A stretch of 37,306 nucleotides of DNA from Macrostomum lignano. Its lineage: Eukaryota. The stretch spans positions 1 to 37,306 of the forward strand of contig NIVC01004712.1 in NCBI GenBank assembly GCA_002269645.1, given 5' to 3'. A program made the translations under genes and the position numbers. This document shows, piece by piece, positions 32,189 to 37,306 of this stretch. How positions within the stretch are numbered: the stretch's first letter is position 1; each line of letters opens with the position of its first letter. Under the pieces are notes generated by a model, which was not told where the DNA came from, made no database searches, and saw nothing but the letters and a program-made list of their open reading frames with translations.

Positions 32189-33043
32189 CATGCGTATACA
32201 CTGCAGTGTTTTCCCCCAATTATCTCAGGCTGTCCGCCCCTCTGCATTGCAATGGGCCCCGCTGCTTCCGCCACTGCCATTCCCAAACCATGGCCGCTGC
32301 ATCTGCCCAGCTCTCATGGAGTCACACATCGGCAATGAATGCGGTGAGTGTCAGCGAGAACCCTCCGAGCCTTGACTCCGATAAAAATTGCGGGAAACTT
32401 GGGTAGCCACAGCGGGACTCAAGCCGCATTCTTCATCCATTTGTGGCCCACTTTTCCTCTTCTCCAGAAAATGCTGGCCTGGCGACGGGAGCAGCTGCTG
32501 GGGCAAAACAATTGCATGGGGAGGCTGGGGATGAAGAATGCATATCATGGCAGGGACCTGGGCGAGAGTCTCCCAGCCAATGGCAGCAGCCGGGCTTGCC
32601 TGAGATCGATGGGTTTGGGTGCCTGGCTCTCGCTCTCATTCTCAACCCCCCCCCACCTCCTCCTTCGCCTTTCGGTCTCGTCCAGCTGAAAAGCTGCGCC
32701 AAGCAGCGCTGGCTGCCTGGAAGCAACATCTATCATTGCTTTGCGGCTAAGTAGCCACAGAAATCCTCCCCGAGGCGAGCAGGCGCGAGGCTGGCTGGAC
32801 TTTAGTCTCAGGCAAAGAGCCAGGCTGAGAACGGAGGCGCCCAGCGGTCTATGTTCCACCAGAGCCGGAACCTGCACGACCACAGCAGGCAGCAGCGGCA
32901 GCACCAGGTCAGGCGGTCCCGGCTCGCCAGGTCATCCAGGTCGCGGTCTCGCTCCGGCTCGCCGTCCCGTCCGAGGTCTTGCAGCCGATCGCCGGATAGA
33001 AGCTATGCGTTTGTAGAGGCCGAACCCAGACGGTGAGCTGGGA

Positions 33044-33477
33044 CTGGGGCTGGGGCTGGGGCTAAGGCTGGGGCTAGGGCTGGGGCTAAGGCTGGGGCTA
33101 GGGCTGGGGTTGGGGCTCGGGCTGGGGCTGGGGTGGGGCTGGGATTGGGGCTGGGGTAGAGACTGGGGCTGGGGCTGGGGCTGGGGCTGGGGCTGGGGCT
33201 GGGGCTGGGGCTGGGGCTGGGGCTGGGGCTGGGGCTGGGGCTGGGCTGGGGCTGGGGCTGGGGCTGGGGCTGGGGCTGGGGCTGGGGCTGGGGCTGGGGC
33301 TGGGGCTGGGGCTGGGGCTGGGCTGGGGCTGGGGCTGGGGCTGGGATTGGGGCTGGGGTAGAGACTGGGGCTGGGCTGGGGCTGGGGCTGGGGCTGGGGC
33401 TGGGGCTGGGGCTGGGGCTGGGGCTGGGGCTGGGGCTGGGGCTGGGGCTGGGGCTGGGGCAGGGGCAGGGGCAGGGC
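33044..33477. repeat. (GGGGCT)n hexamer repeat
   Basis: Directly visible; strong G/C strand asymmetry. Confidence 0.98.
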
Positions 33478-33949
33478 TGATGGAGCTCCCGGGGGTTGAA
33501 CAATTTGATAGGGCAAGAGATTTTAACGGCCATATGGCACGGGCGCTCTGGAGTTAGTTGAAAAGATGATAATGCTCAGATTAAACTGGATGAGATGAGC
33601 TTGAAATCCTTAATCTCAATATCCATCAACTAATCTTATTTCCCAAAGAATAAAATTTTCTAATTCATCCCAGACGCGCTACCAAGATGGCACATCTTAA
33701 TACGATGGATTATTGTGTTGGATACCCGACTAACTTTTTGAGGCGTGACCGATTAGTCAGATGGGAATTATTGTGGTGAAGCAAATTAAATACAGATCAG
33801 TGTTGACAGCTCGTGCTTAGATGCCATTCTGAGCTGCTGGTAGCTTGAGTTTGAGTTTCTTCCACCCAAGAATTTATTCAAGGACCACTGATTGCTTTTG
33901 AAAGGGATGAAACAGATCTCACATCACAAATCTCCCTGCTAATTCTCAC

Positions 33950-35810
33950 ATTAGATATCGGGGAATTCTCCCTGATGATGCTTGCATTAGATATCGGGGA
34001 ATTCTCCCTGATGATGCTTGCATTAGATATCGGGGAATTCTCCTTGATGATGCTTGCATTAGATTTCGGGGAATTCTCCCTGATGATGCTTGCATTAGAT
34101 ATCGGGGAATTCTCCCTGATGATGCTTGCATTAGATATCGGGGAATTCTCCCTGATGATGCTTGCATTAGATATCGGGAATTCTCCCTGATGATGCTTGC
34201 ATTAGATATCGGAATTCTCCCTGATGATGCTTGTATTAGATATCGGGGAATTCTCCCTGATGATGCTTGCATTAGATATCGGGGAATTCTCCCTGATGAT
34301 GCTTGCATTAGATATCGGGAATTCTCCCTGATGATGCTTGTATTAGATATCGGGGAATTCTCCTTGATGATGCTTGCATTAGATTTCGGGGAATTCTCCC
34401 TGATGATGCTTGCATTAGATATCGGGGAATTCTCCCTGATGATGCTTGCATTAGATATCGGGGAATTCTCCCTGATGATGCTTGCATTAGATATCGGGAA
34501 TTCTCCCTGATGATGCTTGCATTAGATATCGGGAATTCTCCTGATGATGCTTGTATTAGATATCGGGGAATTCTCCCTGATGATGCTTGCATTAGATATC
34601 GGGGAATTCTCCCTGATGATGCTTGCATTAGATATCGGGGAATTCTCCCTGATGATGCTTGTATTAGATATCGGGGAATTCTCCCTGATGATGCTTGCAT
34701 TAGATATCGGGGAATTCTCCCTGATGATGCTTGCATTAGATATCGGGAATTCTCCCTGATGATGCTTGCATTAGATATCGGGAATTCTCCCTGATGATGC
34801 TTGCATTAGATATCGGGGAATTCTCCCTGATGATGCTTGCATTAGATATCGGGAATTCTCCCTGATGATGCTTGCATTAGATATCGGGAATTCTCCCTGA
34901 TGATGCTTGTATTAGATATCGGGGAATTCTCCCTGATGATGCTTGCATTAGATATCGGGGAATTCTCCCTGATGATGCTTGCATTAGATATCGGGGAATT
35001 CTCCCTGATGATGCTTGCATTAGATATCGGGGAATTCTCCTGATGATGCTTGCATTAGATATCGGGGAATTCTCCCTGATGATGCTTGCATTAGATATCG
35101 GGGAATTCTCCCTGATGATGCTTGTATTAGATATCGGGAATTCTCCTGATGATGCTTGCATTAGATATCGGGGAATTCTCCTGATGATGCTTGCATTAGA
35201 TATTGGGAATTCTCCCTGATGATGCTTGCATTAGATATCGGGGAATTCTCCCTGATGATGCTTGCATTAGATATCGGGGAATTCTCCCTGATGATGCTTG
35301 CATTAGATATTGGGGAATTCTCCCTGATGATGCTTGCATTAGATATTGGGAAATTCTCCCTGATAATTGCTTGCATTAGATATTGGGGAATTCTCCCTGA
35401 TGATGCTTACATTGGATATTTAGAAATTCTCCCTGATAAATGCTTGTATTAGATATTGGGAATTCTCCCTGATAAATGCTTGCATTAGATATTGGGGAAT
35501 TCTCCTGATGGTGCTTGTATTAGATATTGGGGAATTCTCCCTGATGTGTGCTTGTATTAGATATCGGGGAATTCTCCCTGATGGTGCTTGTATTAGATAT
35601 CGGTGAATTCTCCCTGATGATGCTTGTATTAGATATTGGGGAATTCTCCCTGATGGGTGCTTGTATTAGATATTGGGGAATTCTCCCTGATGGTGCTTGT
35701 ATTAGATATTGGGGAATTCTCCCTGATGGTGCTTGTATTAGATATTGGGGAATTCTCCCTGATGGTGCTTGTATTAGATATTGGGGAATTCTCCCTGATG
35801 GTGCTTGTAT
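33950..35810. repeat. 36-bp minisatellite (CCTGATGATGCTTGCATTAGATATCGGGGAATTCTC), about 52 copies
   Basis: Directly visible; single-base indel variants generate many spurious ORFs. Confidence 0.97.
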
Positions 35811-36360
35811 CAGCCTCTCTAGTGCTTCCTGTTGAAAGAGCAGACGGTCCATCATGAAGCTGACGCCAGTATTTGATATGAATATTTCAATTGCTGCACA
35901 ACTCGGACTGTCTATTAGCCAGGAGTGCGCCAGTTCAAGATCAGCTGTCATATCGTGGCATTCGAGGTCACGTGCGCCCCCCCCCCGCCACCGCCCGCGG
36001 TGTCCGGGTTGGCCGCCCGCGGCCAAATGAGCCACGAAGCGCTCCGAGGCAAGCTTAGAGAGAGTACGCCATTGATTTGGGCGGCTCGGGGCTGAGGGCT
36101 CTGCAAATTAATTGCATTGAGGATAGCAAATAACTGAGGGCGGCCGTCTCCCTCGCCTGCTGCATTCATTCGGGCACAAAAAGCGGCCAAAATTGCTTCT
36201 GCCAGCACGCGAGCCGAATTGTCAAATCCAAAGAAATCAAGGGAAAAACACAATTCCTGAAATTATTGCATTGCCTCTTGAGTCTCCTGGTTTCATTACT
36301 GATATTTCCCATGTAGTCTCTGCTCACCGCATCCTACGTCTCCCCTCTCCGAACCCTCTA

Positions 36361-37214
36361 CCTGTGTCCCATCCCACCTGTGTCCCATCCTACCTGTGTC
36401 CATCCCACCTGTGTCCCATCCTACTTGTGTCCATCCTACCTGTGTCCCATCCCACCTGTGTCCCATCCCACCTGTGTCCCATCCACCTGTGTCCCATCCC
36501 ACCTGTGTCCCATCCTACCTGTGTCCCATCCCACCTGTGTCCCATCCTACTTGTGTCCCATCCTACCTGTGTCCATCCCACCTGTGTCCCATCCCACCTG
36601 TGTCCCATCCCACCTGTGTCCTATCTCACCTGTGTCCCATCCCACCTGTGTCCCATCCCACCTGTGTCCCATCCCACCTGTGTCCCATCCACTTGTGTCC
36701 CATCCCACCTGTGTCCATCCTACTTGTGTCCCATACCTGTGTCCCATCCCACCTGTGTCCCATCCCACCTGTGTCCCATCCCACTTGTGTCCCATCCCAC
36801 CTGTGTCCCATCCTACTTGTGTCCCATCCTACCTGTGTCCCATCCCACTGTGTCCCATCCTACTTGTGTCCCATCCTACCTGTGTCCCATCCCACCTGTG
36901 TCCCATTCCTACTTGTGTCCCATCCTACCTGTGTCCCATCCTACCTGTGTCCCATCCCACCTGTGTCCCATCCTACTTGTGTCCATCCTACCTGTGTCCC
37001 ATCCCACCTGTGTCCCATCCACCTGTGTCCATCCTACCTGTGTCCCATCCCACCTGTGTCCCATCCCACCTGTGTCCCATCCACCTGTGTCCCATCCTAC
37101 CTGTGTCCCATCCCACCTGTGTCCCATCCTACCTGTGTCCCATCCTACCTGTGTCCCATCCTACCTGTGTCCCATCCTACCTGTGTCCCATCCACCTGTG
37201 TCCTATCCTACCTG
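36361..37214. repeat. 16-bp minisatellite (CCTGTGTCCCATCCCA), about 53 copies
   Basis: Directly visible; the 341-aa ORF here is a repeat artefact. Confidence 0.97.
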
Positions 37215-37306
37215 TTAAGCAAATTTATAAAACTCGCACTGCATCTGCTGGCAACTCCAACTACAGCGGTTCAAAATACGAGACGGGAAATTCGGGAAGA
37301 GCAAAC

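Noticed and set aside
33950-35810. Array of NF-kB-like sites (GGGGAATTCTCCC)
   Set aside because: It does not match GGGRNNYYCC at the 3' end, and no functional context is evident.
30082-37218. Long ORFs in 30082-30981, 32932-33533, 33946-35857 and 36193-37218
   Set aside because: They are low-complexity products of stop-free tandem repeats.

Overview
This is repeat-rich eukaryotic (animal) genomic DNA, not prokaryotic. The style suggests a flatworm such as Macrostomum, which is an inference from GT-AG introns, a USP-domain exon and very high satellite content. From left to right it holds: (1) the end of a Polinton/Maverick (adintovirus-like) element on the - strand, with a minor-capsid/penton ORF running off the window, a frameshifted DDE integrase with a C-terminal chromodomain, and a tandem-PC4 protein; (2) a truncated Harbinger fragment, a 26-bp satellite and an orphan USP-domain first exon; (3) a CpG-depleted, C>T/G>A-hypermutated block of dead DNA transposons at about 5.9-12.5 kb, containing an unclassified DDE-like transposase with nested hAT-like MITEs, a Merlin-like fragment and a THAP/P-element transposase; (4) two foldback elements whose arms are built of tandem repeats, one a 686-bp MULE-type MITE with a perfect 9-bp TSD and one a 2.36-kb Kolobok-like element carrying about 1 kb of unexplained cargo; (5) an orphan 653-aa ORF; (6) a complete 9-exon alpha7-like nicotinic acetylcholine receptor alpha-subunit gene (20827-26745, 536 aa). 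That gene has a probable GC-AG intron, a Cys-flanked loop-F insertion, unusual M2 residues, and a tandem array of ten copies of the splice acceptor plus start of the pore (M2) exon. (7) The last roughly 10 kb is mostly mini- and microsatellite. No rRNA, true tRNA or CRISPR array is supported. All homology calls were made by eye from motifs; no database search was run.
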